The notes under the pieces: model-generated
The model's database searches: none
What the model was told of the DNA's origin: nothing
Seen by the model: the letters and a program-made list of their open reading frames with translations, nothing else
Assembly: GCA_020048405.1 (NCBI GenBank)
Contig: JAIFMP010000021.1
Span: forward strand, 13,077 to 77,076
Direction: 5' to 3'
DNA: 64,000 bases
Origin: Hydrogenophaga sp.
Lineage (GTDB): Bacteria > Pseudomonadota > Gammaproteobacteria > Burkholderiales > Burkholderiaceae_C
Made by a program: the position numbers and the translations under genes
Shown: one piece after another, positions 52,363-62,626 of the stretch
Layout of the letters: each line of letters begins with the position of its first letter
Numbering within the stretch: the stretch's first letter is position 1

Positions 52363-54641
52363 AAACCACTGATATCCCGCAGGCCCCTGCCGGACTGGCG
52401 CAGAACCCCGATGGCGGCGCTGCGCTCATAGTGGCTGCAACGGCTGACGGGTTTGCTGCACCGGCCAATGCCATCGCAAGGGCGCGCGCATTTGCCGAGC
52501 CACTGCTGGCATCTGCTGCTCTGGATACTGGAGAAAATATTCTCTCGCATGCCGACGCTGTGACGGCCATCCTGGCCGCCATTGGCGGGTCGGAAGCCAT
52601 GCAGGCCGCGTGTTACCTGGTGTACGCATGTGAGCACCTGAATAAACCGCAAGAGGTCATAGCCAAAGCTTTTGGCCATAACTTTGCTGAACTGGCGATG
52701 GAGACCACCAAGCTGGTTCATCTGCAGCGCGAGGCCCGTCTCAAGTCTGCCCAGGCTCGTGTCGGGCGCGAGCGTGCGGCCGCTCTGCCGGGCGCGCCAT
52801 CCGGCAACAAGGCACCCGTGTCGGAGCTCGCTGCCAGTCAGACAGAAAACGTGCGCAAGATGCTGCTGGCTTTTTCGCGCGATTTGCGGGTGGTGATGCT
52901 GCGTTTGGCCTCGCGTCTGCAAACCCTGCGCCACTTTGCAGCCAACAAGCAGGTACCTCCGGTCGACTTGGCTTGGGAAGCCCTCCACGTTTTTGCACCT
53001 CTGGCCAATCGCTTGGGAATTTGGCAAATCAAGTGGGAAATGGAGGACTTGGCCTTCCGCTTCCTCGAGCCCGATACCTACAAGCAAATCGCTCGCTTGC
53101 TGGACGAAAAGCGCACCGAGCGCGAAAGCTACATGGTCGAACTGCGCGAACGCCTTGAGCGCGAAATCCGCAGCCAGGGATTTGAGGTGCAGGTACATGG
53201 CAGGCCCAAGCACATTTACAGCATTGCCAAAAAAATGCGGGGTAAGTCGCTGGACTTCGGCCAGGTGTTTGACATCCGCGCCTTGCGCGTGGTGGTTGGC
53301 GATGTTGCAACCTGTTATGCCGTGCTGGCGTGGGTACACGCACATTTTCATCCGGTTGCCGAGGAGTTTGACGACTACATCGCCAGTCCTAAAGCCAACG
53401 GATATCAGTCATTGCACACGGTGGTGCGTGATGAGCAGGGCAGGGCGATTGAAATTCAGATCCGTACTGCCGCGATGCACGACCATGCAGAGCACGGTGT
53501 TGCCGCACATTGGGCCTACAAGGAGGCAGGCAGCAAGGGCTACGCAGGCGTGTCTGCGACGTCGGAGTACGACACCAAGATTGCCGTGTTGCGGCAATTG
53601 CTGGCCTGGGAGCGTGACTTTACTGGCGACACCCAAGCGCTGTTTGACGACCGAATTTATGTGCTGACACCCGATGCCGCTATCGTTGAGTTGCCCAAGG
53701 GTGCGACGCCGGTTGATTTCGCGTACACAGTACACACCAACCTGGGCCACAGGTGTCGCGGGGCCAAAGTCAATGGTGTGATGGTGACGCTCAGCACCGC
53801 GCTAGACAACGGCCAAACCGTTGAAATCATTGCCGCCAAAGAGGGGGGGCCGTCGCGAGACTGGCTCAATCCTGAACTTGGCTACCTCGTTGGTGCGCGG
53901 GCCAGGGCCAAGGTGAGGGCGTGGTTCAATGGTCTGGCCACTGAAGCCACCGTGGCCCGGGGCCGCGAAGCGGTGGAAAAACTGCTTCAACGCGAAGGAA
54001 AAACAGCACTGAGTCTTGAAGACTTGGCCACCCAAATGGGCTTCAACTCGAGCAGCCAACTTTTTGAAGTGGTGGGCAAAGACGAGTTGTCGTTGAGGGC
54101 CATTGAAAATCAACTGACGCCCCCAGAGCCTGAGCCAACCAGCGACGATTTGCCCTTTGTACGCAAGCAGCGTCAAAGCGATAAGTTTTCGGGTAGCCAC
54201 GTTCTGGTGGTGGGCGTTGACTCCATGCTGACCCAGTTGGCCAAATGCTGCAAACCAGCGCCACCCGACGCGATTGGCGGCTTTGTGACCAAAGGAAAGG
54301 GTGTCAGCATCCACCGGGCCGACTGTGCCGATTACAGATATTTGTCACGCACCCACCCTGACCGTGTGATCGCGGTTCAGTGGCGGGGAAAGAAAGGTAC
54401 CGAAAACGCGTTCTACCCTGTGGATGTCTCGGTGGAAGCCCGCGACCGGCAGGGCTTGCTCCGCGACATATCGGAGGTGTTCGCGCGTGAAAAAATCAAC
54501 GTCATCGGGGTTCAGACGCAATCTGTCAAAGGCTTGGCGTGGATGACGTTTACTGCAGAGGTCTCGGATGCCCAACGACTGAACAGGGTGCTGGCTACAC
54601 TGACGGACGTTGAAGGGGTTCGCATGGCAAAACGCAGATAG
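52359..54641 (+). CDS. relA: GTP pyrophosphokinase ((p)ppGpp synthetase I; degenerate hydrolase domain)
   Basis: 760 aa. Synthetase domain (GRPKHIYSI.KKM, DIRA.RVVV, GYQSLHTVV, IEIQIRT..MH..AE.G.AAHW.YK), TGS domain (D.IYVLTP.....LP.GATP.DFAY..HT.LG) and a C-terminal ACT-like domain. The N-terminal region lacks the HD motif. The ATG overlaps the hydrolase stop. Confidence 0.9.
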   Translation: MKTTDIPQAPAGLAQNPDGGAALIVAATADGFAAPANAIARARAFAEPLLASAALDTGENILSHADAVTAILAAIGGSEAMQAACYLVYACEHLNKPQEVIAKAFGHNFAELAMETTKLVHLQREARLKSAQARVGRERAAALPGAPSGNKAPVSELAASQTENVRKMLLAFSRDLRVVMLRLASRLQTLRHFAANKQVPPVDLAWEALHVFAPLANRLGIWQIKWEMEDLAFRFLEPDTYKQIARLLDEKRTERESYMVELRERLEREIRSQGFEVQVHGRPKHIYSIAKKMRGKSLDFGQVFDIRALRVVVGDVATCYAVLAWVHAHFHPVAEEFDDYIASPKANGYQSLHTVVRDEQGRAIEIQIRTAAMHDHAEHGVAAHWAYKEAGSKGYAGVSATSEYDTKIAVLRQLLAWERDFTGDTQALFDDRIYVLTPDAAIVELPKGATPVDFAYTVHTNLGHRCRGAKVNGVMVTLSTALDNGQTVEIIAAKEGGPSRDWLNPELGYLVGARARAKVRAWFNGLATEATVARGREAVEKLLQREGKTALSLEDLATQMGFNSSSQLFEVVGKDELSLRAIENQLTPPEPEPTSDDLPFVRKQRQSDKFSGSHVLVVGVDSMLTQLAKCCKPAPPDAIGGFVTKGKGVSIHRADCADYRYLSRTHPDRVIAVQWRGKKGTENAFYPVDVSVEARDRQGLLRDISEVFAREKINVIGVQTQSVKGLAWMTFTAEVSDAQRLNRVLATLTDVEGVRMAKRR

Positions 54642-54676
54642 TTCATTGCATGGTGAGAGACGCTGAATTTACACGC

Positions 54677-54682
54677 TATAAT
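54677..54682 (+). promoter_or_regulatory. candidate -10 box for tRNA-Val
   Basis: Perfect TATAAT 20 nt upstream of the tRNA 5' end, in an otherwise GC-rich context. I found no convincing -35. Confidence 0.35.
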
Positions 54683-54702
54683 TCGAGCTTCGAATCGTTT
54701 GT

Positions 54703-54779
54703 AGGCGCGTAGCTCAGCTGGTTAGAGCACCACCTTGACATGGTGGGGGTCGTTGGTTCGAGTCCAATCGCGCCTACCA
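54703..54779 (+). tRNA. tRNA-Val (anticodon GAC)
   Basis: Hand-folded cloverleaf: acceptor [15 protein letters not shown]-arm GCTC-AGCTGGTTA-GAGC, anticodon stem CCACC/GGTGG with loop TTGACAT, T-arm with TTCGAGT loop, and an encoded CCA. Confidence 0.9.
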
Positions 54780-54904
54780 AACTCATGCTGCACCCGTCAA
54801 GTGCACGCCGGCCCCAAGCGGCCCTTCAAATCTTGTACCTTTCTCTGTTACCCGCCAGCGTGAAGCGGTGAAGCAGTCCGAGAATTTCACCAAGGATTTG
54901 TTCT

Positions 54905-55444
54905 GTGAACAAAATCAAGCCTGCAGCCGATGCGGTCCCAAGCGGGATTCGGGTCATCAAGAAGTACCCAAACCGTCGTCTGTACGACACAGATACCTCC
55001 ACTTATATCACTCTGGCAGAGGTCAAGGGGCTTGTGATGGAGGCGCAGCCGTTCGTGGTGTCGGATGCAAAATCGGGAATGGACCTGACGCGGAGCATAT
55101 TGCTGCAAATCATCCTCGAAGAAGAAACAGCAGGCGTCCCGTTGTTCACCGAGCAAATCCTCGCCAACATCATTCGGTTCTACGGTCATGCCATGCAGGG
55201 GTTTGTCGGTGCCTACTTGGAAAAAAACATGCAGGTGTTTACCGAGATGCAGCAAAAAGTGGCTGTACAACCCAAGGCAATGACGCCTGAGGCTTGGAGT
55301 CAGTTTCTCAATGTACAGGGCCCTGTTGTGCAAACCATGATGGGCTCTTACATGGAGCAGTCCAAAACAGCCTTCCAGCAAGTGCAAGAGCAAATGCAGC
55401 GCAGCAGCGAGCAAATGCTGACAGCCATGGGCCTCAAGCGCTGA
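54905..55444 (+). CDS. phaR: polyhydroxyalkanoate synthesis repressor
   Basis: 179 aa with a GTG start. The N-terminus [17 protein letters not shown].....LV......F.V.DAK.G.DLTR.ILLQII.EEE is the PhaR signature. Confidence 0.9.
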   Translation: MNKIKPAADAVPSGIRVIKKYPNRRLYDTDTSTYITLAEVKGLVMEAQPFVVSDAKSGMDLTRSILLQIILEEETAGVPLFTEQILANIIRFYGHAMQGFVGAYLEKNMQVFTEMQQKVAVQPKAMTPEAWSQFLNVQGPVVQTMMGSYMEQSKTAFQQVQEQMQRSSEQMLTAMGLKR

Positions 55445-55466
55445 ATCACTTTTTGACAGGTGTCAT

Positions 55467-56855
55467 TTGAGCTCTGAAACCACTCTCACATCCTCCCATG
55501 TGGCTCCCAAAATCGGATTTGTCAGTTTGGGTTGTCCGAAGGCGTTGACCGATTCTGAGTTGATCCTCACGCAGCTCAGTGCCGAAGGGTACGAGACCTC
55601 GAAGACATTCCAGGGTGCCGATCTGGTGATTGTGAACACCTGCGGTTTCATTGACGATGCCGTCAAGGAGAGTCTGGACACCATCGGTGAGGCGCTGGCT
55701 GAAAACGGGCGCGTCATCGTCACTGGTTGCCTGGGGGCCAAGCAGGACGATGCGGGCGGCAATCTTGTATCAACCATGCATCCGTCCGTGCTGGCCGTGA
55801 CCGGACCTCACGCCACGCAAGAGGTCATGGATGCGGTTCATTTGCACCTGCCCAAACCGCATGACCCCTTCTTTGACCTTGTGCCAGCCCAAGGCATCAA
55901 ACTCACGCCCAAGCACTACGCGTACCTGAAAATCAGTGAAGGCTGCAACCATCGGTGTACCTTCTGCATCATCCCCTCCATGCGGGGCGATCTGATCAGC
56001 AGACCCATTGGCGATGTGCTTTCAGAGGCGGCACGTCTTTTCAAGGCGGGCGTCAAAGAGCTGTTGGTTGTGAGTCAGGACACATCGGCTTACGGTGTTG
56101 ATGTCCAGTACCGGACGGGGTTTTGGGATGGCAAACCCGTGAAAACGCGCTTGTACGACTTGGTTCGCGCGCTGGGGTTGTTGGCCCGAGAGCACGGCGC
56201 ATGGGTGAGGTTGCATTACGTCTATCCGTATCCTCATGTCGATGACGTGTTGCCTCTGATGGCAGAGGGGTTGTGTCTACCGTACCTTGATGTTCCTCTG
56301 CAGCACAGCCACCCGGACGTTCTGAGGCGAATGAAGCGTCCAGCCAGTGGTGAAAAAAACCTAGAACGAATCAAGCGGTGGCGCGAGGTATGCCCCGGTT
56401 TGGTTCTGCGCAGCACTCTCATAGCCGGATTTCCCGGCGAAACTGAAGGGGAATTTGCTCACTTGCTGGAGTTCTTGCAAGAAGCACAAATTGATCGGGT
56501 GGGATGCTTTGCCTACTCTCCCGTCAAAGGTGCAACGGCAAACGCTCTCGATAACCAACTTCCGCAGGCTTTGCGGGAACACAGGCGAGAGAGAGTCATG
56601 GCAGTTGCCGAACAGGTCTCAACGGCTCGGCTGCAGCGTCGGTTGGGAGATACCCTGCAGGTTCTGGTGGATTCCGCTCCTGCACTGGGTAAAAAGGGTT
56701 CGGTTGGCAGGTCGTATGCCGATGCTCCGGAGATTGATGGCGTGGTTCGATTGTTGCCTCCTCAGAAAATCAGCAAGATTTTGAAGGTGGGCGAATTTAC
56801 AAAAGCAAAAGTCGTGGCAATCGAAGGGCACGATCTGGTTGCCCAGCCTGTCTGA
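55467..56855 (+). CDS. rimO: ribosomal protein S12 methylthiotransferase
   Basis: 462 aa with a TTG start. UPF0004 domain ([16 protein letters not shown]), radical-SAM CNHRCTFC, and a C-terminal TRAM domain. Confidence 0.9.
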   Translation: MSSETTLTSSHVAPKIGFVSLGCPKALTDSELILTQLSAEGYETSKTFQGADLVIVNTCGFIDDAVKESLDTIGEALAENGRVIVTGCLGAKQDDAGGNLVSTMHPSVLAVTGPHATQEVMDAVHLHLPKPHDPFFDLVPAQGIKLTPKHYAYLKISEGCNHRCTFCIIPSMRGDLISRPIGDVLSEAARLFKAGVKELLVVSQDTSAYGVDVQYRTGFWDGKPVKTRLYDLVRALGLLAREHGAWVRLHYVYPYPHVDDVLPLMAEGLCLPYLDVPLQHSHPDVLRRMKRPASGEKNLERIKRWREVCPGLVLRSTLIAGFPGETEGEFAHLLEFLQEAQIDRVGCFAYSPVKGATANALDNQLPQALREHRRERVMAVAEQVSTARLQRRLGDTLQVLVDSAPALGKKGSVGRSYADAPEIDGVVRLLPPQKISKILKVGEFTKAKVVAIEGHDLVAQPV

Positions 56856-56952
56856 AGGCGACTCGATGCAGGTCTTCTTGTTTGACCTGCTCGCGCCATT
56901 TCAACGACGTGTGGTGGGGCTTACCGAATGCAATTCACTTTTGGTAGCGCGT

Positions 56953-56990
56953 AAAAGCAAAAAGCCTTGCAATCATTTTGATTGCAAGGC
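56953..56990 (-). terminator. Rho-independent terminator downstream of tRNA-Leu (may also stop rimO transcription)
   Basis: 11-bp perfect stem GCCTTGCAATC(56964-56974)/GATTGCAAGGC(56980-56990) with a 5-nt loop, followed on the minus strand by TTTTTGCTTTT. Confidence 0.75.
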
Positions 56991-56998
56991 TTCAAACT

Positions 56999-57083
<85 letters not shown>

Positions 57084-57115
57084 TTTTCAGGAAAGACGCT
57101 AGTATAGCATTACTT

Positions 57116-59368
57116 ATGCAAGACAAAAACACCTCTTTGGATGAATTTTCTGGAACTGTTTCGGGCCATCGTGACGGTCACGGCTTCGTGGCTCGGGACG
57201 ACGGCGCAGCCGATGTATACCTGCCGCCGAATGAAATGCGCGCGGTGTTGCACAGGGACCGAGTGAAGGTTCGGCTGGTTCGAACAGACCGGCGTGGTCG
57301 CTCGGAAGGACGGGTAACCGAAATTGTCGAGCGCTCAAACGCTCCCATCATCGGCCGTTTCCTGCAGGAGGGTGGTATCTGGCTGGTGGCGCCGGAGGAC
57401 AAGCGTTACGGCCAAGATGTACTTATCCCTGGGGGCGCCACCGGTCTCGCCAAAGTCGGCCAAGTCGTGGTGGTGGAATTGACCGAACCACCTGCGTTGT
57501 TCGGGCAACCCGTCGGCAGAATCAAAGAAGTGTTGGGTGAAGTGGACGATCCTGGCATGGAGATTGAAATTGCGGTGCGAAAGTACGGTGTTCCGCACGT
57601 GTTTTCCGAGGCAGCCATGGGGCAGGCCAGAGCTTTGCCTGACCGTGTGAGACCTTCAGACACATTGCACAGAATCGATTTGACCGATGTGCCCCTCGTG
57701 ACGATCGACGGCGAGGATGCTCGAGATTTTGATGATGCGGTTTTCGCGCAGCCTTCCCGGGTTGGTCGTGGCAAAGGCTGGCGTCTGCTGGTGGCAATTG
57801 CCGATGTCAGCCACTACGTCGAAACGGGTTCAGCCATCGATGTAGATGCTTACGACCGGGCCACCAGCGTGTACTTCCCGCGCAGGGTGATCCCCATGCT
57901 GCCGGAAAAGCTGTCAAACGGGTTGTGTTCGCTCAACCCGGATGTTCAGCGTTTGTGCATGGTGTGTGACATGCTCATCAACGCGGCAGGCGAAATTCAC
58001 GCTTACCAGTTTTATCCAGCGGTGATGTTCAGTCATGCGCGTTTTACCTACACCGAGGTTGCGGCTATTTTGTCTAACACCCGCGGGCCCGAGGCCTCAG
58101 CCCGAAAGGCGTTGGTCCCCAATCTGCTGGATCTACAAGATGTTTACCGAGCTCTTTTGTTGGCCCGCCAGGCCCGGGGGGCGGTTGATTTCGAGACCAC
58201 AGAGACCCAAATTGTTTGCGATGAATCAGGGCGGATCGAAAAAATTGTGGCCCGTGTCCGCAACGAAGCCCATCGGCTGATTGAAGAGGCTATGCTCGCT
58301 GCAAACGTCTGTTCGGCAGAGTTCATAGCCCAAAGCAAACAGCCCGGCCTGTTTCGGGTTCACGAAGGTCCTACTCCGGAGAAACAGGAGCTGTTGCGGG
58401 GATACCTCAAAGTCATGGGGGTCGCGCAAACTTTGAGTGACAAACCAACTCCAGGTGACTTTCAGCGGATAGCCCAAGCCACCAAAGACCGTCCGGACTC
58501 GCAGCAAATTCACACCATGTTGCTGCGCTCAATGCAGCAGGCGATATACACGCCGTCCAATAGTGGTCATTTTGGGTTGGCTTTTGATGCTTACACGCAC
58601 TTCACCAGTCCTATTCGGCGATACCCCGACTTGTTGGTTCACCGGGTGATCAAGGCGGTGTTGTTGGAACGAAAGTATCAACTGCCTGATTTACCCACAC
58701 CCGGTGAGGCCCATGCCAAGCTAGAAAAGCGGTTGGCCGCACGCGTTCCCAAGCGCGATGGAGAGCCTACCGCCAAACCCTCTGCCGACACTTTGGCTTG
58801 GCAAGCAGCCGGACTGCACTGCAGCGCAAATGAGCGCCGAGCAGACGAGGCCAGCCGTGATGTGGAAGCGTGGCTCAAGTGCAAATACATGCGTGAGCAC
58901 TTGGGTGAGGAGTTTGCCGGCGTGGTGTCTTCTGTCACCAGTTTTGGTGTGTTTGTCACCCTGGATACGATGTACGTTGAGGGTCTGGTTCACATCACTG
59001 AGTTGGGTGGGGAGTACTTCCGCTTTGACGAACCTAGACAAGAGTTGCGGGGTGAGAGAACCGGCATCCGCTATCAGTTGGGATCACGGGTGCAGGTACA
59101 GGTTAGCCGCGTGGATCTTGATGGCCGCCGCATCGATTTTCGGTTGGTTCTACCGGAGGGTGAGGCAACTTCCCGCGCCAATTCAGCCAAGAGTGCGCTC
59201 GTTAAAGAAGATGAAGCGCGTTCTCGAGGCAGGTCGTCGGGAGGTGGTAAGCCCAAATCCCAAGGCACAACCGGCACGATAAAAGCCGTCAATTCAAAAG
59301 GAGGGGGATCGCGGAAATCAACAAGCAAAGGCGACCCTCAGGGTTTGGGCAAAAAGTCGCGTCGCTGA
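57116..59368 (+). CDS. rnr: ribonuclease R
   Basis: 750 aa from MQDKNTSL (ATG 57116). Cold-shock-like N-terminus (GHRDGHGFV), RNB domain (TIDGEDARDFDDAV, YFP.RVIPMLPE.LSN..CSL), S1 domain (GVVSSVTSFGVFV) and a basic tail. The track start at 57056 overlaps tRNA-Leu. Confidence 0.9.
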   Translation: MQDKNTSLDEFSGTVSGHRDGHGFVARDDGAADVYLPPNEMRAVLHRDRVKVRLVRTDRRGRSEGRVTEIVERSNAPIIGRFLQEGGIWLVAPEDKRYGQDVLIPGGATGLAKVGQVVVVELTEPPALFGQPVGRIKEVLGEVDDPGMEIEIAVRKYGVPHVFSEAAMGQARALPDRVRPSDTLHRIDLTDVPLVTIDGEDARDFDDAVFAQPSRVGRGKGWRLLVAIADVSHYVETGSAIDVDAYDRATSVYFPRRVIPMLPEKLSNGLCSLNPDVQRLCMVCDMLINAAGEIHAYQFYPAVMFSHARFTYTEVAAILSNTRGPEASARKALVPNLLDLQDVYRALLLARQARGAVDFETTETQIVCDESGRIEKIVARVRNEAHRLIEEAMLAANVCSAEFIAQSKQPGLFRVHEGPTPEKQELLRGYLKVMGVAQTLSDKPTPGDFQRIAQATKDRPDSQQIHTMLLRSMQQAIYTPSNSGHFGLAFDAYTHFTSPIRRYPDLLVHRVIKAVLLERKYQLPDLPTPGEAHAKLEKRLAARVPKRDGEPTAKPSADTLAWQAAGLHCSANERRADEASRDVEAWLKCKYMREHLGEEFAGVVSSVTSFGVFVTLDTMYVEGLVHITELGGEYFRFDEPRQELRGERTGIRYQLGSRVQVQVSRVDLDGRRIDFRLVLPEGEATSRANSAKSALVKEDEARSRGRSSGGGKPKSQGTTGTIKAVNSKGGGSRKSTSKGDPQGLGKKSRR

Positions 59369-59374
59369 AACTCG

Positions 59375-59932
59375 GTGCTCCTCATGTCTGTTTTGCTGTT
59401 TATCCTTGATACCTTGCTGTTCTGCTTGGTTTGTGCAGCCTTGCTGCGCGCGTGGCTCAATGCTGCCCGTATCAATCTGTCGCAGCAGCCAGGCCCTTTC
59501 ATCATGGCCTTGACCGACTGGCTGGTCAAACCCCTGCGAAGGGGTTTGCCAATGGCCTGGCAAAGATCCAGATGGGATACGGCCAGTTTGGCTGTGGCCG
59601 CTTTATTTGCATGTTTACATGCGTGTGCCCTGCTTGTGGTCATGGCATGGGGCACGGCTTCTGCGTTTGACGCGACTTTCTGGTGGGCTATGCCGCCGCT
59701 GGCATTGAAGCTGTTGATCAAGGCTGCTTTGCAGGGACTTTTGGTGCTCGCCCTCGGTTATGCGGTGTTGTCCTGGGTGCAGCCGCAGTCACCTGTCTAT
59801 GGTTGGCTATCTCGTCTGTTGCTACCAATGTTGAGCCCGATACGCCGTCGCTTGCCGCTGATCGGAGGTGTCGATTTGTCTGCGCTCGTGTTCGTGTTGC
59901 TGCTCCAGGTCGGACTCATGCTTCTGGCCTGA
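59375..59932 (+). CDS. yggT: YggT family membrane protein
   Basis: 185 aa with two YggT-like repeats (LLRAWLN..R.N...P....... T.WLV.PLRR..P ... LSP.RR.LP.IGG.DLS). The start could instead be the ATG at 59384. Confidence 0.75.
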   Translation: MLLMSVLLFILDTLLFCLVCAALLRAWLNAARINLSQQPGPFIMALTDWLVKPLRRGLPMAWQRSRWDTASLAVAALFACLHACALLVVMAWGTASAFDATFWWAMPPLALKLLIKAALQGLLVLALGYAVLSWVQPQSPVYGWLSRLLLPMLSPIRRRLPLIGGVDLSALVFVLLLQVGLMLLA

Positions 59933-59953
59933 CGGCGGCTCACCCCAATGTGG

Positions 59954-61597
59954 TTAACGCACGGGTCCAATCGCCAGACAAAGGTTGCTCGCAGTCAAAG
60001 TCGGCGCATCGTTTCGCCACAGATCAGCCGCTTGCCCGTGGCGCCAAACGGCCCCGGCCAAGGCAAGGAGCAAACTATCGTAAGCGGTTGACAGGCAGTT
60101 TTCCGAGCTGTTGGTGAGGGGCAATGCGTGCTTGGCCATGGTGGCGCCGAGCATCCCAGCCAAAACATCACCGGTTCCTGCTGTTGCCAGGCGCCCATTT
60201 CCGCTTGAATTGACAATCACTTTACCGTTGGGCCCGGCAATCACCGTTCCGCTCCCTTTCAGGACACAAAAAGCGCCAAAGATGTTGGCCAAGTCGCGTG
60301 CACACGCCAAACGGTTTTCCTGTACAGCTTGGGTGGTTGAACCTTGCAGTCGCGCGGCTTCCAGCGGGTGAGGGGTAAGCACCGTCAACAAACCCCGATG
60401 TTTTCGGAGCTTTGCCACTTCGGCCAATGCTGGGTCTCTCGTCAAGGCATTGAGTGCGTCTGCGTCCAGAATCAAACGATGCGCGCCTTGAAGCAGTTTT
60501 CCCAATTGGTCGGCCACCAACTCGCCACCACCGCATCCGCAGACCCAACAACCAGAGCTCAATGTGCCCGCGTTGTCCAGCGAATTGACTGATCGAAACA
60601 TCAGCTCCGCTTGGGACGGATCCCAGGCAACCATGGGCTCGCCCAAAGGAACCACAAACACCCGACCCGCGCCGGTTTGCAAAGCCGCACATCCCGCCAA
60701 GATTGCCGCACCGGTCATCCCCGAGCCGTTGTGTGATGCGTGCTGTCCGCCGACTACCCAGACATCTCCCCGGCTGCCCTTGTGGCTGGCATGTGGTCGG
60801 TACCCTTGCTCCTCGCCCTTGAACAATGACGCCGTGCCAAGTTGGGCATCTTCCATTTCCGCTGCGCCGACGGAGACTGACTGATGTGAACCCCACGGAC
60901 TGGATGCTCCGAGGTCATCAAACCAAACTTCTCCTGCGGAATCGCGGCCGTGTGCAGTGAAGAGTCCTGGTTTCAATGTCAGAAAAGTCAAGGTATAAAT
61001 GGATCTGTGACAAGCTGATATTGGAAGTTTTGCTACGTAATTTATACCTGTGTCACTGTCAATGCCACTCGGTACATCCACACACAAACGGATTCCTCCG
61101 GTTGCGTGAACCAGTTCAAGTAATCGCTCTGCTGCCTCTGGCCTGTTGGAATTCGATCGATTGCCGCGCCCCCCCAAGCCTAGAACTGCATCGATCACCA
61201 AGTCGCATTCAGGTGGTGGAGCGTCTGAAAACACGGCACCAGACGCCCTTGCAGATGCGAGGGCATATCGTGCATCGGCGGATAGGTTGGATTCCATGCC
61301 AATGTGGGTGACGCACAAGTTTGCCCCTGTCTCCTGGGTCCATGGCGCTAAAAAACATGCTGCCATCAAACCATCACCGCCGTTGTTGCCGGGCCCGCAT
61401 GCAATCCAGATGTTTCGGGCATGTGGCGCCAGCGATCTGGCCAACCTGGCCACAGAGTGCCCTGCACGGCGCATGAGTGTGTGGGGGGGCAAGGTGGCAG
61501 CCAGCGCGCTTTCAAGAGCTTTGGTTTGGCTGATGGTGTGCAAAGGCGCAAAGCCGATATCGCTGACTCGTTGCATGTTTATCCCATTGTTGGTCAT
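59954..61597 (-). CDS. nnr: bifunctional NAD(P)H-hydrate repair enzyme (epimerase/ADP-dependent dehydratase)
   Basis: 547 aa. N-terminal YjeF_N (ACGPGNNGGDG, DA.LG.G) and a C-terminal carbohydrate-kinase-like domain (HKGSRGDV.VVGG, TPHP.EA.RL, LKG....I, ATAGTGDVLAG). The start may be the internal MQRVSD. Confidence 0.85.
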   Translation of the reverse strand: MTNNGINMQRVSDIGFAPLHTISQTKALESALAATLPPHTLMRRAGHSVARLARSLAPHARNIWIACGPGNNGGDGLMAACFLAPWTQETGANLCVTHIGMESNLSADARYALASARASGAVFSDAPPPECDLVIDAVLGLGGRGNRSNSNRPEAAERLLELVHATGGIRLCVDVPSGIDSDTGINYVAKLPISACHRSIYTLTFLTLKPGLFTAHGRDSAGEVWFDDLGASSPWGSHQSVSVGAAEMEDAQLGTASLFKGEEQGYRPHASHKGSRGDVWVVGGQHASHNGSGMTGAAILAGCAALQTGAGRVFVVPLGEPMVAWDPSQAELMFRSVNSLDNAGTLSSGCWVCGCGGGELVADQLGKLLQGAHRLILDADALNALTRDPALAEVAKLRKHRGLLTVLTPHPLEAARLQGSTTQAVQENRLACARDLANIFGAFCVLKGSGTVIAGPNGKVIVNSSGNGRLATAGTGDVLAGMLGATMAKHALPLTNSSENCLSTAYDSLLLALAGAVWRHGQAADLWRNDAPTLTASNLCLAIGPVR

Positions 61598-61637
61598 TTG
61601 CCCAAGACAGGAGGCAGGGCTCCGTCTGATGGTGGCT

Positions 61638-61646
61638 TGCTATAAT
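61638..61646 (+). promoter_or_regulatory. candidate extended -10 promoter (TGcTATAAT) for rpsB-tsf
   Basis: TGCTATAAT lies about 140 nt upstream of the rpsB ATG. I saw no clear -35, which fits an extended -10 promoter. Confidence 0.4.
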
Positions 61647-61784
61647 GCTAGAGTTTTTCCGCTGCCGTACTACGCGCTGGCGTACAAAAACAATCGCAAA
61701 CCAAGCCCAACAGGTGTTGGGGTCTGTGCACGAGACGGCCCTGATCAGGCTTGGATTTAAGAAACAACCTTTGAGAGTAATTTC

Positions 61785-62540
61785 ATGTCTATCTCTATGC
61801 GCGAAATGTTGGAGGCGGGTGTCCACTTTGGTCACCAGACCCGCTTCTGGAACCCCAAGATGGCTCCGTACATCTTTGGTCATCGCAACAAAATTCACAT
61901 TGTCAACCTCGAAAAGACGTTGCCAATGTTTGAAGAGGCTGCCAAGTTTGTGCGGCAACTTTCAGCCAATCGTGGAACCATCCTGATGGTTGGCACCAAG
62001 CGCCAGTCTCGCGATACTGTGGTTGCCGAAGCTGTCCGTGCGGGCGTTCCTTACGTCAGCCAGCGCTGGTTGGGTGGCATGTTGACCAACTTCAAAACCG
62101 TCAAGACCTCCATCAAGCGTCTCAAGGACATGCAGACCCAGCTTGAGGCTGGTCTTGACCACATGAGCAAGAAAGAGCAGCTTACGTTTAGCCGGGAAAT
62201 GGAGAAGCTGGAAAAAGACATCGGTGGCATTCAGGACATGCCCGCATTGCCTGATGCAATTTTTGTGATCGACGTTGGCTTCCACAAGATTGCCGTGCTT
62301 GAAGCCCGCAAACTTGGCATCCCGTTGGTTGGCGTGGTTGATACCAATCATTCGCCAGAAGGCATCGACTACATCATCCCCGGTAACGACGACTCATCCA
62401 AAGCAGTTGAGCTGTATGCCCGTGGAATAGCTGACGCAATCCTTGAGGGCCGTGCCAATGCTGTGAACGAGGTGGTCAAGGCTGTTGCGACCGAAAGCGG
62501 CGACGAATTCGTGGAAGTGAAAGAAGTTTCGGCTGCTTGA
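61785..62540 (+). CDS. rpsB: 30S ribosomal protein S2
   Basis: 251 aa. [41 protein letters not shown] is near-invariant S2 sequence. Confidence 0.97.
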   Translation: MSISMREMLEAGVHFGHQTRFWNPKMAPYIFGHRNKIHIVNLEKTLPMFEEAAKFVRQLSANRGTILMVGTKRQSRDTVVAEAVRAGVPYVSQRWLGGMLTNFKTVKTSIKRLKDMQTQLEAGLDHMSKKEQLTFSREMEKLEKDIGGIQDMPALPDAIFVIDVGFHKIAVLEARKLGIPLVGVVDTNHSPEGIDYIIPGNDDSSKAVELYARGIADAILEGRANAVNEVVKAVATESGDEFVEVKEVSAA

Positions 62541-62560
62541 GCCTGCCTCACCCACCACCT

Positions 62561-62584
62561 GGGGGCTTGTGAGCCCCTTTTTTA
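62561..62584 (+). terminator. intercistronic hairpin/attenuator between rpsB and tsf
   Basis: GGGGCT(62562-62567)-TGTG-AGCCCC(62572-62577) followed by TTTTTT. This matches the partial terminator known between rpsB and tsf in E. coli. Confidence 0.6.
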
Positions 62585-62626
62585 CAACTGAATGGCAGCG
62601 CTGCGCTGTCGCAACGGAGAATCAAA

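Noticed and set aside
60960-61130. Locally AT-rich stretch inside nnr, considered as a possible insertion
   Set aside because: The reading frame is continuous, and the encoded segment (…GINYVAKLP…TLTFLTLKPGLFT…) matches the expected end of the YjeF_N domain and the linker.
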